A stretch of DNA of 64,000 nt from an uncultured Gemmataceae bacterium (GTDB taxonomy: Bacteria; Planctomycetota; Planctomycetia; Gemmatales; Gemmataceae), in the NCBI GenBank assembly GCA_963750165.1, contig CAVVPN010000003.1, positions 256,001 through 320,000 on the forward strand, written 5' to 3'. Below the pieces are notes generated by a model. It was given only the letters and a program-made list of their open reading frames with translations, ran no database searches and was not told the origin of the DNA. The translations under genes were made by a program, and so were the position numbers. Every line of letters starts with the position of its first letter. Position 1 is the stretch's first letter. Shown here one piece after another: positions 1-9,565 of the stretch.

Positions 1-279
1 CACCAGAGCGAACGTGGCGATGATGACGAGGTCGCCCGGTTTGGCGAGGTGGGCAGCGGCGCCATTGATACAGACGATGCCGGAGTCGGCGTCCGCGACC
101 ATCGCGTAAGTTTGCAGCCGGGAGCCGCGCGTCACGTTCCAGACGTGGACCGCCTCGAACGGCACAATGCCGGCCGCGTCGAGCAGCGTTTTGTCCAGCG
201 ACAGACTCCCCTCATAGTCCACGTCGGCGTGGGTGACGGTGGCGCGGTGGACTTTCGCTTTGAGCATGATGCGTTGCAT
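1..279 (-). CDS. panD: Aspartate 1-decarboxylase (partial; 3' end outside window)
   Basis: Hand translation from ATG at 279: [29 protein letters not shown]...RLQTYAM...CINGAAAH. Contains the G|S autocleavage site and the NGAAA motif. Absent from the ORF track. Confidence 0.95.
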   Translation of the reverse strand, partial: MQRIMLKAKVHRATVTHADVDYEGSLSLDKTLLDAAGIVPFEAVHVWNVTRGSRLQTYAMVADADSGIVCINGAAAHLAKPGDLVIIATFALV

Positions 280-349
280 GCCGTCATTGTAAGGGCGGCA
301 GCGGCGCCGCGGCGAGTCCTGGCGTGCGCTAAACGATTCGCCTTTTTGA

Positions 350-378
350 TTGCACACCCCGGCCGCCGCGGGCATACT
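350..378 (+). promoter_or_regulatory. Putative sigma70-type promoter for the NHL-repeat gene
   Basis: TTGCAC-17 bp-CATACT, ending 43 nt before the ATG at 421. Confidence 0.35.
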
Positions 379-420
379 CAAATCACTCAGTTCGCCCCAC
401 CTACCCCGGTGTCCCGCACC

Positions 421-1530
421 ATGAACACGCACCTGTTCCGACTGGCGCTGCTGGCCGTCGCCCTGGCGCCCGCCGCCGCGACGCAACCCGGCGCCACGAT
501 GAGCACCGTCGCCGGCACCGGCAAAAAGGGCCACACCGGCGACGGCGGCCCCGCCACGCAGGCCACGCTCAACCAACCGTTCCACTGCGACCTGGACGCC
601 CACGGCAACCTGTTCGTCGCCGAGTCAGGCAACCACTGCATCCGCAAGGTGAACCTGAAAACGGGCGTCATCAGCACCGTCGCGGGCACCGGCCAGAAGG
701 GCTACACCGGTGACGGCGGGCCGGCCACCCAGGCGACGTTCAACGAACCCTACGCGGTCCTCGTCAGCCCCGAGGGTGATTTGTACATCGTGGATCGGCT
801 GAACGCCGTGGTGCGCAAGGTGGACGGCAAGAGCGGCAAGGTGACGACGGTGGCGGGTTCCGGGCAGAAAGGTTTCGGCGGCGACGGCGGCCCCGGCAAC
901 CAGGCCCAGCTGCGCGAGCCGAACGACGCTTGCTTCGACGGCAAGGGCGGCCTGCTCATCGCCGACGTGGGCGATTGGCGCGTACGCCGCCTCGATCTCA
1001 AGACCGGCGTCCTCACCACGTTCGCCGGCACCGGCCGGCCGAAAGGCAAGATCGACCGCGCCAGGATCGGCGACGGCGGCCCGGCGAAAACCGCGGTGCT
1101 CGTCGGGGCGCGGGCGGTGTGCGTCGATGGCCGCGGCAACACCTACATCTGTGAGCGCGAGGGCAACGCCGTGCGCAAGGTGACAGCGGACGGCACCATC
1201 ACGACCATCGCCGGCACGGGCAAGAAGGGCTATGACGGTGACGGCGGCGACGCCCGCAAGGCCAGTTTCAACGGCCCCAAGGGCGTGCGCTGCGACGCGC
1301 AGGGCAACGTCTACGTCGTGGAGACGGAGAACCACGCGATCCGCAAGATCGACGCCAAAACCAACGTGGTGACGACGGTGGCCGGCGGCCGCAAGGGCAG
1401 CGGCGGCGACGGCGGCGCCGCGCTGCAGGCCGGCATGGACCGACCGCACGGCTGCGTCCTCGACGCCCACGGCAATATCTACATCGCCGACAGCAATAAT
1501 CATCGGGTACGCAAGGTGACCATCAAGTAA
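421..1530 (+). CDS. Secreted NHL-repeat (beta-propeller) protein
   Basis: Signal peptide [20 protein letters not shown]; repeated 'TVAGTG.KG..GDGGPA..A.LN.P' and 'GNLYIADS.NHRVRKV' units. Confidence 0.85.
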   Translation: MNTHLFRLALLAVALAPAAATQPGATMSTVAGTGKKGHTGDGGPATQATLNQPFHCDLDAHGNLFVAESGNHCIRKVNLKTGVISTVAGTGQKGYTGDGGPATQATFNEPYAVLVSPEGDLYIVDRLNAVVRKVDGKSGKVTTVAGSGQKGFGGDGGPGNQAQLREPNDACFDGKGGLLIADVGDWRVRRLDLKTGVLTTFAGTGRPKGKIDRARIGDGGPAKTAVLVGARAVCVDGRGNTYICEREGNAVRKVTADGTITTIAGTGKKGYDGDGGDARKASFNGPKGVRCDAQGNVYVVETENHAIRKIDAKTNVVTTVAGGRKGSGGDGGAALQAGMDRPHGCVLDAHGNIYIADSNNHRVRKVTIK

Positions 1531-1542
1531 GGAGGTTCTCAC

Positions 1543-2409
1543 ATGCGTTGGCGTTTATGCGTGGTGGCGCTGCTGCTGGTGGCGCCGCTGGCGGTGCTGC
1601 ACGCGGGCGACGAGAATTACAAGCTCGGCCCCGATTCGATGGAGCAGCCGGGCGTGCCCAGGGGCAAGATCACCAAGCACACCTGGAAGAGCAAGGTGTT
1701 CCCGAACACCGTGCGCGACTACTGGGTCTACGTGCCGGCTCAGTACGACCCCAAGGTGCCCGCGAAGGTGATGGTCTTCCAGGACGGCGCCGGTTACATG
1801 AACCCGAAAGGTCAGTTCCGCGTGCCGGTCGTCCTGGACAACCTCATTCACAAGAAGGAGCTGCCGGTCATCATCGGCATCTTCATCAACCCCGGCGTCG
1901 TTCCCGCGCAGGGCGACAAGAAGGAGGTCAAAAATCGTAGTTTCGAGTACGACACGCTTTCCAACCAGTACGCGAAGTTCCTGGAAAAGGAGATTCTGCC
2001 GGAGGTCGCGAAGGACTACAACCTGAGCAAAAAGGCCGCGGACCGGGCCATCGGTGGCATCAGTTCGGGCGGCATCTGCGCGTTCACGGTGGCGTGGCAG
2101 CGGCCGGATCTGTTCAGCAAGGTGCTGAGCCACGTTGGCAGCTTCACCAACATCCGCGGCGGCAACGCCTACCCGGAGCTGGTGCGCAAGAACCCGCGCA
2201 AGAACATCCGCGTGTTCATGCAGGACGGCGCCAAGGACCTGGACAACAAGTTCGGCAACTGGCCGGAAGCGAACAAGAAGATGGCCGCGGCGCTGAAGGA
2301 CCAGGGCTACGACGTGCGCTTCGAGTTCGGCACCGGCGCCCACAACGGCAAGCACGGCGGCATGCTCATGCCGGAGTCGCTGCGCTGGCTGTGGCGCGAG
2401 AAGAAATAA
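1543..2409 (+). CDS. Secreted alpha/beta-hydrolase (Fes-like putative esterase)
   Basis: AAGGAGG RBS, signal peptide, [18 protein letters not shown] nucleophile motif, C-terminal GAH. Confidence 0.85.
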   Translation: MRWRLCVVALLLVAPLAVLHAGDENYKLGPDSMEQPGVPRGKITKHTWKSKVFPNTVRDYWVYVPAQYDPKVPAKVMVFQDGAGYMNPKGQFRVPVVLDNLIHKKELPVIIGIFINPGVVPAQGDKKEVKNRSFEYDTLSNQYAKFLEKEILPEVAKDYNLSKKAADRAIGGISSGGICAFTVAWQRPDLFSKVLSHVGSFTNIRGGNAYPELVRKNPRKNIRVFMQDGAKDLDNKFGNWPEANKKMAAALKDQGYDVRFEFGTGAHNGKHGGMLMPESLRWLWREKK

Positions 2410-2414
2410 AACAT

Positions 2415-2500
2415 GGATCCACAGATGACACAGATGGAGCACAGATAAAGACATTTGAATTTGTCTTTATCGGTGCTCCATCTGTGTCATCTGTGGATCC
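2415..2500. repeat. Long inverted repeat built from CACAGAT units, between convergent genes
   Basis: GGATCCACAGATGACACAGATGGAGCACAGATAAAGACA ... TGTCTTTATCGGTGCTCCATCTGTGTCATCTGTGGATCC (one mismatch). Confidence 0.9.
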
Positions 2501-3282
2501 TATTCTTTATCCGCCCACGGCAGCGTCAGCGTCAGCAGCTCGCCCAGCCCCTTGCCGAGCTGGTCCGCCGCGTAGCGTGTGTGCCGGGCCAGGCGCCACA
2601 GCTCCGCCGGCAGCCCCGGCGCCCGCGCCACGCTCGTCAGCAGCCGCCACCACGACACGCCGCCGCCCGCCAGCAGCGCCGCCAACCGCGGTGACAGCCG
2701 CGTGTCCACGCCGTCCGAAATCGCCCGCACGCAGCCGAACGGCACGCCCTCCCGGGTGCAGCGCTCGGCGACGAAGGCGCTCTCCATGTCCACCGCCAGC
2801 GCGTCGTGCTGCTGGCCCAGCGCCCGCTTCGCCGCGGGGTCGGCGATGATCTGCGGTGCCGTCACCAGCCGGCCGCGCCGCAGCGGCGGCTCCCAGCGGC
2901 CCGGCAGCGGCCCCGCCGGCCAGGTACACGGCCACGCCCGGCCGTCCGCACCCAGCACCTCGGTCGCCAGCACCAGGTCGCCGATCAACAGCTGGTCCTG
3001 CAACCCACCCGCGAAGCCGGCCGACAGCACCAGCTTTGGCCGATACCCGACATTGACCAGCTTTGGCCGGCCGAGCAGCCAGTCCAGCGCCCGCGTCGTC
3101 CGCGCCCGACCGACGCCCGGCTGCGCCACCAGCACCGTCAGCCAGGCGGGACCGCAAAAGCGCGCCCGACACGGCGCTCCGGGGAAGCGCTGCTGCGGCG
3201 GGAAGTCGCGCAGGAACGGCTGCGCTTCCCGCCCCAGCGCGAACAGCACGCAGGGATCCTCGAACTGCAACAGGTCGCTCAC
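2500..3282 (-). CDS. Nucleoside phosphorylase/nucleosidase family protein (MTA/SAH nucleosidase or HpnG-like)
   Basis: GTG start overlaps the upstream TGA (GTGA); motifs LSAGFAGGL, AVDMES and VRAISD. This is the C-terminal half of track ORF 2500..4110. Confidence 0.8.
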   Translation of the reverse strand: MSDLLQFEDPCVLFALGREAQPFLRDFPPQQRFPGAPCRARFCGPAWLTVLVAQPGVGRARTTRALDWLLGRPKLVNVGYRPKLVLSAGFAGGLQDQLLIGDLVLATEVLGADGRAWPCTWPAGPLPGRWEPPLRRGRLVTAPQIIADPAAKRALGQQHDALAVDMESAFVAERCTREGVPFGCVRAISDGVDTRLSPRLAALLAGGGVSWWRLLTSVARAPGLPAELWRLARHTRYAADQLGKGLGELLTLTLPWADKE

Positions 3283-4068
3283 CGGAACCAGTCCTCGGAC
3301 AGGAACGGCCGGGCCAGCGTGTAGACCGCCAGCCACAGGCTCATTACCAGCAGCACCACGAACAGCGCCGTCGGCAGCCACGCCCCCGCCGTGACGCCGG
3401 CCTCCGCCTCCGCCGGCGGTGGTGGCGCGGCGGCGTCCGCCACGACGCGAGCCGGCCGCGCGGCCCGGGTCAGGGTCGGCGGCTCGACCGCGGCCGGCCG
3501 CGGCCGGGGCGGCTCCGGCGCGGGCGCGCGGCGGCGCGGCGCGAGCGGGCGCGGGCGGCGGCGCCTGGCGGGGCGTCGGTCGTGGCGGCGGTGCCTGGCG
3601 CGGCATCGGCACGACCGGCTCCTCCGCCTCGTCCGGCTCGGCGCGAACGCGATAGACTTTCAACTCCGGTTCCTCGGGTGGCGGGACCGGGCTGGGTTTG
3701 GCCGCGGCGGCCGGCTTTGGCGTGACGGGCGGCGCCGCGGCGGGGCCGGCTTCGCCCTGGGCCTGGTGCGTCTTCAGCAGTTGCTCCGCGGCGGCGGGCG
3801 GATAGGTGCGGCGCAGGTCGGCGACGTAGCCCTGCACGTCCGGCGAGCGCAGGGCCTCGGCGTAGCTGGCGAACGGCTTGAGCAAATGGTGGGGGTTGCG
3901 CTGCAGTAGACGACCGCGCAGGCGCTCGGCCTCGTCGTCCTGGCCAGCCGTCTGGGCGGTGTCCGCCGCCAGCACCAGAAACCAGTCACGCAACTTTGGC
4001 TGACCATCGTGGTCGTACCAGTCGGCGAGCTGTTCGTACACCTGCCGCGTTTGCTCCGAGTTCGCCAT
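3279..4068 (-). CDS. Hypothetical Pro-rich protein with C-terminal TM helix (apparent frameshift)
   Basis: MANSEQTRQVYEQLADWY..., then a Pro-rich linker. A shifted frame ends in ...AWLPTALFVVLLVMSLWLAVYTLARPFLSEDWFR*. The 790-nt span is not a multiple of 3. Confidence 0.6.
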
Positions 4069-4084
4069 GACGCTCATCCCCAAC

Positions 4085-4140
4085 GTGGGGCAGACATTCC
4101 TGTCTGCCATCGCACCCGGCAGACAGGAATGTCTGCCCCA
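4085..4140. repeat. REP-doublet-like palindrome (GTGG foot)
   Basis: GTGG-GGCAGACA-TTCC-TGTCTGCC, a short spacer, then an inverted copy. Confidence 0.8.
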
Positions 4141-4238
4141 GGAAAACCCTGGTGGCCTGTGCTCACTGTACCCATCTACAATAATCGTCGCAATCCGGCT
4201 GCGCCGCCGGGAGACCCGCTGTTGCGAAGGACGCGACC

Positions 4239-5444
4239 ATGACCACGGACACCCACGGCCCCCTGGCGGGCCTGCGCGTGCTGGACGCCTCGCGGGTGCT
4301 GGCGGGGCCGCTGTGCGGACAGCTTCTCGGCGACCTCGGCGCGGAGGTCATCAAGCTGGAGCGGCCCGGCGCCGGCGACGACACACGCGACTGGGGCCCG
4401 CCCTTCATCGACGATTTCAGCGCCTATTTCCTCTCCTGCAACCGCAGCAAGCGCGGCATCGCCCTGGACCTGTCCCGGCCGGCCGGGCTCGCCCTGTTCC
4501 ACGAGCTGGCGCGGCGCAGCGACATTTTGCTGGAGAATTTCCGGGCCGCCAGTGCCGACAAGCTGGGGTTGAATCCCGACAAACTGCTGACGGTCAACCC
4601 ACGACTGATCGTCTGTTCGATCTCGGGCTTCGGCCGCACGGGGCCGCTGAGCGACCTGCCCGGCTACGACTTCGCCATCCAGGGCATGAGCGGCCTGATG
4701 AGCATTACCGGACCGATCGAGGGGCCGCCGTGCAAGGTCGGCGTCGCGGTGACGGACGTGCTGACGGGCCAGTACGCGGCCGTCGCAGTGCTGGCGTGCC
4801 TGCACGCGCGGCGAGCGTCGGGCCACGGTTACGCCATCGACCTGGCGCTGCTGGATTGCGCGGTCGCGGCCCAGGTGAATCTGGTGCAGGCGTATTTATC
4901 GAGCGGTCAGGTGCCGCCGCGCCAGGGAAATGCCCATCTGCAAATCGTGCCCTACCAGGCGTTCGCCACGGCAGATGATTGGATGATATTAGCGGTCGGC
5001 AATGACGCACAATGGCAGCACTTCTGTGCCGCGGCGGCACGGCCAGACCTGGCGGCGGACGAGCGCTTCGCCACCAACCGCGGCCGCGTCGAGCACCGCG
5101 ACGCACTGGTGCCGCAGATCGAGACACTGCTGCGGGCGCGGTCGCGGCTGGAGTGGCAGCAGCGCCTGACCGCCGCCGGGGTGCCGCACGCGCCGGTGTG
5201 GGATTACGCGCAGCTGTTCGCGCAGGAGCAGCCAACGGCGCGCGGCCTGCGCGTGACGGTGCGCGACCCACAGGGCCGGCCGGTGGACCTGATGGGGACG
5301 CCGTTCCACATCGCCGGCGCGACGCTGCCGCAACCGATGATGCCGCCGCGGTTGGGGCAGCACACCGACGCGGTGTTGACGGAGCTACTGAGCGTGGACG
5401 CGGCGCGGCTGGCGGAACTGCGACAGCAGGGCGTGATCGCGTGA
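4239..5444 (+). CDS. CoA-transferase family III (CaiB/BaiF)
   Basis: PLAGLRVLDASRVLAGP, LGDLGAEVIKLE, NRSKR, ENFR, PGYD, PPRLGQHT. Confidence 0.93.
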   Translation: MTTDTHGPLAGLRVLDASRVLAGPLCGQLLGDLGAEVIKLERPGAGDDTRDWGPPFIDDFSAYFLSCNRSKRGIALDLSRPAGLALFHELARRSDILLENFRAASADKLGLNPDKLLTVNPRLIVCSISGFGRTGPLSDLPGYDFAIQGMSGLMSITGPIEGPPCKVGVAVTDVLTGQYAAVAVLACLHARRASGHGYAIDLALLDCAVAAQVNLVQAYLSSGQVPPRQGNAHLQIVPYQAFATADDWMILAVGNDAQWQHFCAAAARPDLAADERFATNRGRVEHRDALVPQIETLLRARSRLEWQQRLTAAGVPHAPVWDYAQLFAQEQPTARGLRVTVRDPQGRPVDLMGTPFHIAGATLPQPMMPPRLGQHTDAVLTELLSVDAARLAELRQQGVIA

Positions 5445-5553
5445 AGTTTGCCGGCGATTGGGAAAGTGCGGGAAAGGTGAGCCGGCCGCCGGAACATTCT
5501 GGGCGATTGCTCAGCCAACCGGCCTCACGAACCGGGTTTGTCGGGTAAGAAGA

Positions 5554-5695
5554 GAGTGTTCCTGGTGGGAACCACGGGTGTGGGCGATAGGCCATGGACC
5601 TCACGGTTACGGGACTGCGACACCAAACCGGCACGATGCCGGCGCTCTCCTGAATATCCTATAAGGGCACAGCCAGTGGCCCACCAGGGACACTT
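5554..5695 (+). ncRNA. Candidate 6S-like rod-shaped RNA
   Basis: Nested pairings: 5556-5569/5680-5693, CCAC/GTGG, TGTG/CACA and ATAGG/CCTAT, followed by a large internal bubble and an apical CCGGCA/TGCCGG hairpin. A G-U wobble favours the + strand. No convincing ORF in this gap. Confidence 0.5.
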
Positions 5696-5776
5696 CATCA
5701 AAGAGTAATCAGGCGACGACCGCGAAACAAGACCGATGTCGCCGAACCACTTCTCAGGCCCGGCCCGGTCGCCGGA

Positions 5777-6643
5777 TTAATCGGCATACGCGGGCCGGAT
5801 GAATTCCCACACCGTTTCCGCCATGAGTTCGTGACCGGAGCGCGTCAGGTGAACGCCGTCCCGCGTGGCGCCGTCAGTGGTCAACACGCCCGCGAACACG
5901 CGCTTCGGGATCAACGGCACGCCGAATTTCGCAGCCAGGCGCCGCTGCGCCCGGCCGAACTCGTTGGCGAACGGCGGCAGTGGCAGCTCAAACATCACCA
6001 CCGTCCGGCCCGGCCGGCACAGCAACTCCAGTAACTGCTCCAGATCGCGCTCGTAATCACCCGCCGTGGTGGTCCCGAGCAGATCGTTGCCGCCGATCTC
6101 CAGCAGATAAAGGCCGTCGCCGAGGGACAGCTTTTCGGCGTCGCGCAGCATCGAGCGCACCGTCGCGCCCATCTGCGAGTAGTTGCGCACCTCGACGCCA
6201 TGAGCGCGGGCCAGCAGTTCGGGCCACGTTTCGCGGCGGGCCTCGCCCATGCCGGCGGTCACCGAATCCGCAAAAAGGTAGAGCGTCGGGCGGTCGGCCG
6301 CCGGCAACGTTGGCGGGAGGTGATACGGAACCTCCAGCGCGAGGGCGGCCAGGCAGACGACGACCACCGTGCCGCGTCGCAGCAATGGGTACGGTCGTGG
6401 CGGGCGGAGCCGTTCGCTCACCAGCCAGGCCACGGTGAGCACGCCGGCCGTTGCGTAAAACCAGTAGGGCAACGGCGCGGCCGACAGCGCGACCAGGATG
6501 ACGCCAAGGAAGGTGAGCAGGGTGGCGGCCTTCACCGACCAGTCGCGGCGGCGAATGCTGAACAGGGCCACCCCCGCCAGCACGCCGCCAACGCCGGCAA
6601 AAAAGGCGGTCCCGCTGCCGAAGAAGAAGATGACCCAACTCAT
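5777..6643 (-). CDS. Membrane-anchored SGNH/GDSL hydrolase
   Basis: N-terminal TM helices; FADSVTAG (block I), GGND (block III), DGVH (block V). Confidence 0.85.
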   Translation of the reverse strand: MSWVIFFFGSGTAFFAGVGGVLAGVALFSIRRRDWSVKAATLLTFLGVILVALSAAPLPYWFYATAGVLTVAWLVSERLRPPRPYPLLRRGTVVVVCLAALALEVPYHLPPTLPAADRPTLYLFADSVTAGMGEARRETWPELLARAHGVEVRNYSQMGATVRSMLRDAEKLSLGDGLYLLEIGGNDLLGTTTAGDYERDLEQLLELLCRPGRTVVMFELPLPPFANEFGRAQRRLAAKFGVPLIPKRVFAGVLTTDGATRDGVHLTRSGHELMAETVWEFIRPAYAD

Positions 6644-6654
6644 GCGCGCACACG

Positions 6655-7254
6655 CTATTTATTTGTGGCAAGCAATTCTTGCCAACCGGCCACGTTCGGC
6701 AGCTGGTCGAGCATCCGATCTGGAGCGGTTCGCGTTTGGGTAGCGCACAAGTCGTGGGACGGCTCTCCAGAGCCGTCAGCGTTCTCCCGACGGCTCTGGA
6801 GAGCCGTCCCACGACTTGTGGTCCACGCGACTGGGAACCGCGCTAATCGATCCAGGTTATTCACCTCCGTCAGGGCAGTGACGATTGCTTCCGGCGGAGG
6901 CCCAAAACGCGCGCTGCCCATCCGTTGCACGCGCTTGCGAGCGTACTCAATGGCGCCTTCTTCCAGGATCATCTGATAAGTGCTCGATTCCCGCATGGCT
7001 CGCACTCCTCGAAACAATTGCACCGCCTCTTCGCGCGGCAGCCGCAGGCCGGTGAGGATCATCGTCGCGTTGATGAGCCGCGCCGCTTCGTCCGGGTCGG
7101 CTTCGTGGGTCAGACGATCGATGACCCGGCCAATCACCCGCGCCAGCGCCTCGTCCGGCGGCTCGCCCGCCGGTAACTGGCACAGCGGGGCCAGCGGCAG
7201 TGTGCCCAGGCCGCCCTCAATGCTCTTGAGCGTGGCGTCAAACGGCAGCGGCAT
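6655..7254 (-). pseudogene. Internally deleted Rpn-like / DUF4351-tail protein
   Basis: N-terminal MPLPFDATLK joins directly to the late GGLGTLPLAPL motif, followed by MRESSTYQMILEEG...RFGPPP. The 3' end reads into a palindrome. Confidence 0.55.
6746..6820. repeat. REP-doublet-like palindrome (GTGG foot), perfect 32-bp arms
   Basis: CACAAGTCGTGGGACGGCTCTCCAGAGCCGTC and its exact reverse complement at 6789-6820. Confidence 0.9.
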
Positions 7255-7316
7255 GGGGCTTCACCCCGGTAGCGAGTTCAAGAAAGGCCGTTTCGTAGCA
7301 AGCCGATTTCACGGCG

Positions 7317-8369
7317 TTACGGCCACAGCGGCTTCGGCGGCGCCGTCGGATAAATCGCCGTCGCCCGCCCCTGCTTGCCGTTGTGGATGTGCAACACCGC
7401 CCCATCGCTGAAGCCGACGGCCCGACTCATGCCCACGTCGATCAGGAAGATTAGCCCGTCATACGCCTGGAACATCTGGCCGCGCGGCCGCACCGTGGCC
7501 TTGTCGAAGGTGACCGCGCCCGGCTGGTGGCCGATCACCAGATGCTTGACGCCCAGCGCCTTCACGTAACCCGCCAGCCGGTTCCGGCCCGCGGCGGGTG
7601 TGTCGTTGTCCTGTTGCCACCACGGCTGCGGGTGCAGGCGTGCCTCCAGCAGCGAACGCTTGTCCTGCAACACCTGCGCCGCGAAACCGTGCGCGTCCAC
7701 GTCCTTTTGCAGAGCGGCCTGGAGCTGGCGGAGCGTCTTGCCGTGCGTGTTGCCGGCGTGCGCGAAGAACCAGTCGTTAACGCGGGCCGCGAACGGCAGG
7801 TGGCGTAAAAACACGCCGACGCCCAGGCGGTCCTTGCCGGCGGCCACGTCCTGCGGTTGGACACCCTGGGCCTTCAGTTCCGCCAGGAATTCGACCGCCT
7901 TTTTGTTGTCCGGCGTCGGCTTCGCCAGGAAATAGGCCTCGTGATTGCCCATCGTGACGACCACCCGGCCGCCGGCCTGCCCCGCCTCCGTCTGCAGCGC
8001 CCGCAGTAGTGCGATCACCCGCAGGGACTGGTTGCCCTTGTCGATCAGGTCACCGGTACACACCAGGACCGCCTTGCCAGCCCTCCACTTGACCTTCTGC
8101 GGCGGCCCCGGATCGCCGGGGATGATTTTGGCCGCCGTCAGCACGCTGACGAGCCGGTCATAGTCGCCATGCGGGTCGCCCACGGCGTAGATGTCGTGTT
8201 TGGTGTCGATCTCGACGACAGCGGGATATTTGGCCCAGTCGCGGTCGGCGCCTCGGGTCTGGGCCGGGGCGGTCTCGACGAGCGGGGCGGCGGCGCATAC
8301 CACAGCGAGGAGGCCGGCGGTGATGAACCAGAGCGAACGCCAGCCGGCGCTACGGAGGTGGGGGAGCAT
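7317..8369 (-). CDS. Exported calcineurin-like metallophosphoesterase (Shewanella-like phosphatase type)
   Basis: GDPHGD, GDLIDKG, MGNHE, HAG, IGHQ and IDVGMS motifs; hydrophobic N-terminal leader. Confidence 0.85.
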   Translation of the reverse strand: MLPHLRSAGWRSLWFITAGLLAVVCAAAPLVETAPAQTRGADRDWAKYPAVVEIDTKHDIYAVGDPHGDYDRLVSVLTAAKIIPGDPGPPQKVKWRAGKAVLVCTGDLIDKGNQSLRVIALLRALQTEAGQAGGRVVVTMGNHEAYFLAKPTPDNKKAVEFLAELKAQGVQPQDVAAGKDRLGVGVFLRHLPFAARVNDWFFAHAGNTHGKTLRQLQAALQKDVDAHGFAAQVLQDKRSLLEARLHPQPWWQQDNDTPAAGRNRLAGYVKALGVKHLVIGHQPGAVTFDKATVRPRGQMFQAYDGLIFLIDVGMSRAVGFSDGAVLHIHNGKQGRATAIYPTAPPKPLWP

Positions 8370-8642
8370 GAGACACCTGGGGTCGCGGGTTGGGTCGCGG
8401 CGCCGCCCCGGGCTCACGGAGTTCTCACGGGACCGCCGGTAGGGTGATTATGGGTCCGCGACGGTCGGCGGTCCACGGAAATCGGCGGCTATCGGTGCGG
8501 CCAGGGCGCCAGATCTCGACGTATGAAAAAGTTGGCGTTCTTGGCGTCCTTGGCGTTCTTGCTCTGTCAGACGGCGCCGCCTGCTGCCCCGGAGTGCCAA
8601 CCCGACCGCCCACTTTTTTCGCTGCCAAACCAGGGAGAGACC

Positions 8643-9443
8643 ATGCGACGCTGGATGCTGCCGGGCCTGCTGGCCGTGATCGTGCCGGTGGGCTGTGTCG
8701 AACTGCAACCACCCGCTGACGAGAAACCGACGGCGGCGCCGGCCCCGGTCCAGGGCGGCGGCAAGACCGTCAAGGCCGTCAAGACCGCCGAGTGCCGCTG
8801 GGCGGGGGCGCCGATCAAGATTGACGGCGTGCTCAGTGAGGTCGCCTGGGACAACGCCCAGGTGCTCGACGACTTCGCGGTCTTCTGGCAGAATCGCAAG
8901 CCGAAGACGAAGACGTGCGCCCGCCTGCTCTGGGACAACAGCTATCTCTATTTCTTCGCCGAGATGGAGGACAACGACCTGTACGCCGACGTGACCGAGC
9001 GCAACGGCATGACCTGGACCAACGACGTGTTCGAGCTGTTCTTCAAACCAGAGGCGGATCGGCTGACGTACTACGAAATCCAGGTGAACGCCGCCAACAC
9101 GCAACTGGAATTGTTCCTGCCGTCGCGCGGCGCCGGCGGCTACCAGCGCTTCGCGAAAACGACGAAGTTCGGCATGGAGACGGCGGTGAAGTTGCAGGGC
9201 ACGCTGAACCAGTGGGACGATGAGGACAAGGGCTGGACGGTGGAGGGCCGCATCCCGTGGGCGGCGTTCCAGGTCAGCGGCGGCCGGCCCAAGCCAGGCG
9301 CGAAGTGGCGCTTCGCCCTGTGCCGTTACGACTACTCCGTAACGCTCGCCGAGCCCGAGCTGTCCTCGACGGCGCCGCTGACGCAGCCGAGTTTCCACCG
9401 CTACGAGGACTACAGCGAGTTGACATTCGTCGGCCGCAAGTGA
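8643..9443 (+). CDS. Lipoprotein with CBM9-like (DOMON) sugar-binding domain
   Basis: GGAGA RBS; lipobox-like PVGC; IKIDGVLSEVAW, RLLWD..YLY, NDVFELFF, WTVEGRIPW. Confidence 0.75.
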   Translation: MRRWMLPGLLAVIVPVGCVELQPPADEKPTAAPAPVQGGGKTVKAVKTAECRWAGAPIKIDGVLSEVAWDNAQVLDDFAVFWQNRKPKTKTCARLLWDNSYLYFFAEMEDNDLYADVTERNGMTWTNDVFELFFKPEADRLTYYEIQVNAANTQLELFLPSRGAGGYQRFAKTTKFGMETAVKLQGTLNQWDDEDKGWTVEGRIPWAAFQVSGGRPKPGAKWRFALCRYDYSVTLAEPELSSTAPLTQPSFHRYEDYSELTFVGRK

Positions 9444-9454
9444 AAGAATAAGAT

Positions 9455-9551
9455 ATTCACCACAGAGAACGCAGAGCGCAGAGAACAGACCCAAGAATGA
9501 AAGACCAATTCTTGTGTCTTCTCTCTGCGCTCTGCGTTCTCTGTGGTGAAT
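9455..9551. repeat. Inverted repeat built from CAGAG units
   Basis: ATTCACCACAGAGAACGCAGAGCGCAGAGA ... TCTCTGCGCTCTGCGTTCTCTGTGGTGAAT. Confidence 0.9.
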
Positions 9552-9565
9552 TCTTTTTTCAGGAG

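Noticed and set aside
2500..4110. 536-aa fusion of a Pro-rich protein with a nucleosidase
   Set aside because: An apparent frameshift artefact. The upstream gene has its own TM-containing end, and its TGA overlaps the nucleosidase GTG.
4239..5444. CoA-transferase as formyl-CoA transferase (frc) linked to oxalate metabolism
   Set aside because: Only generic family III motifs are visible, it lies ~42 kb from the bicupin, and no oxc gene is adjacent.
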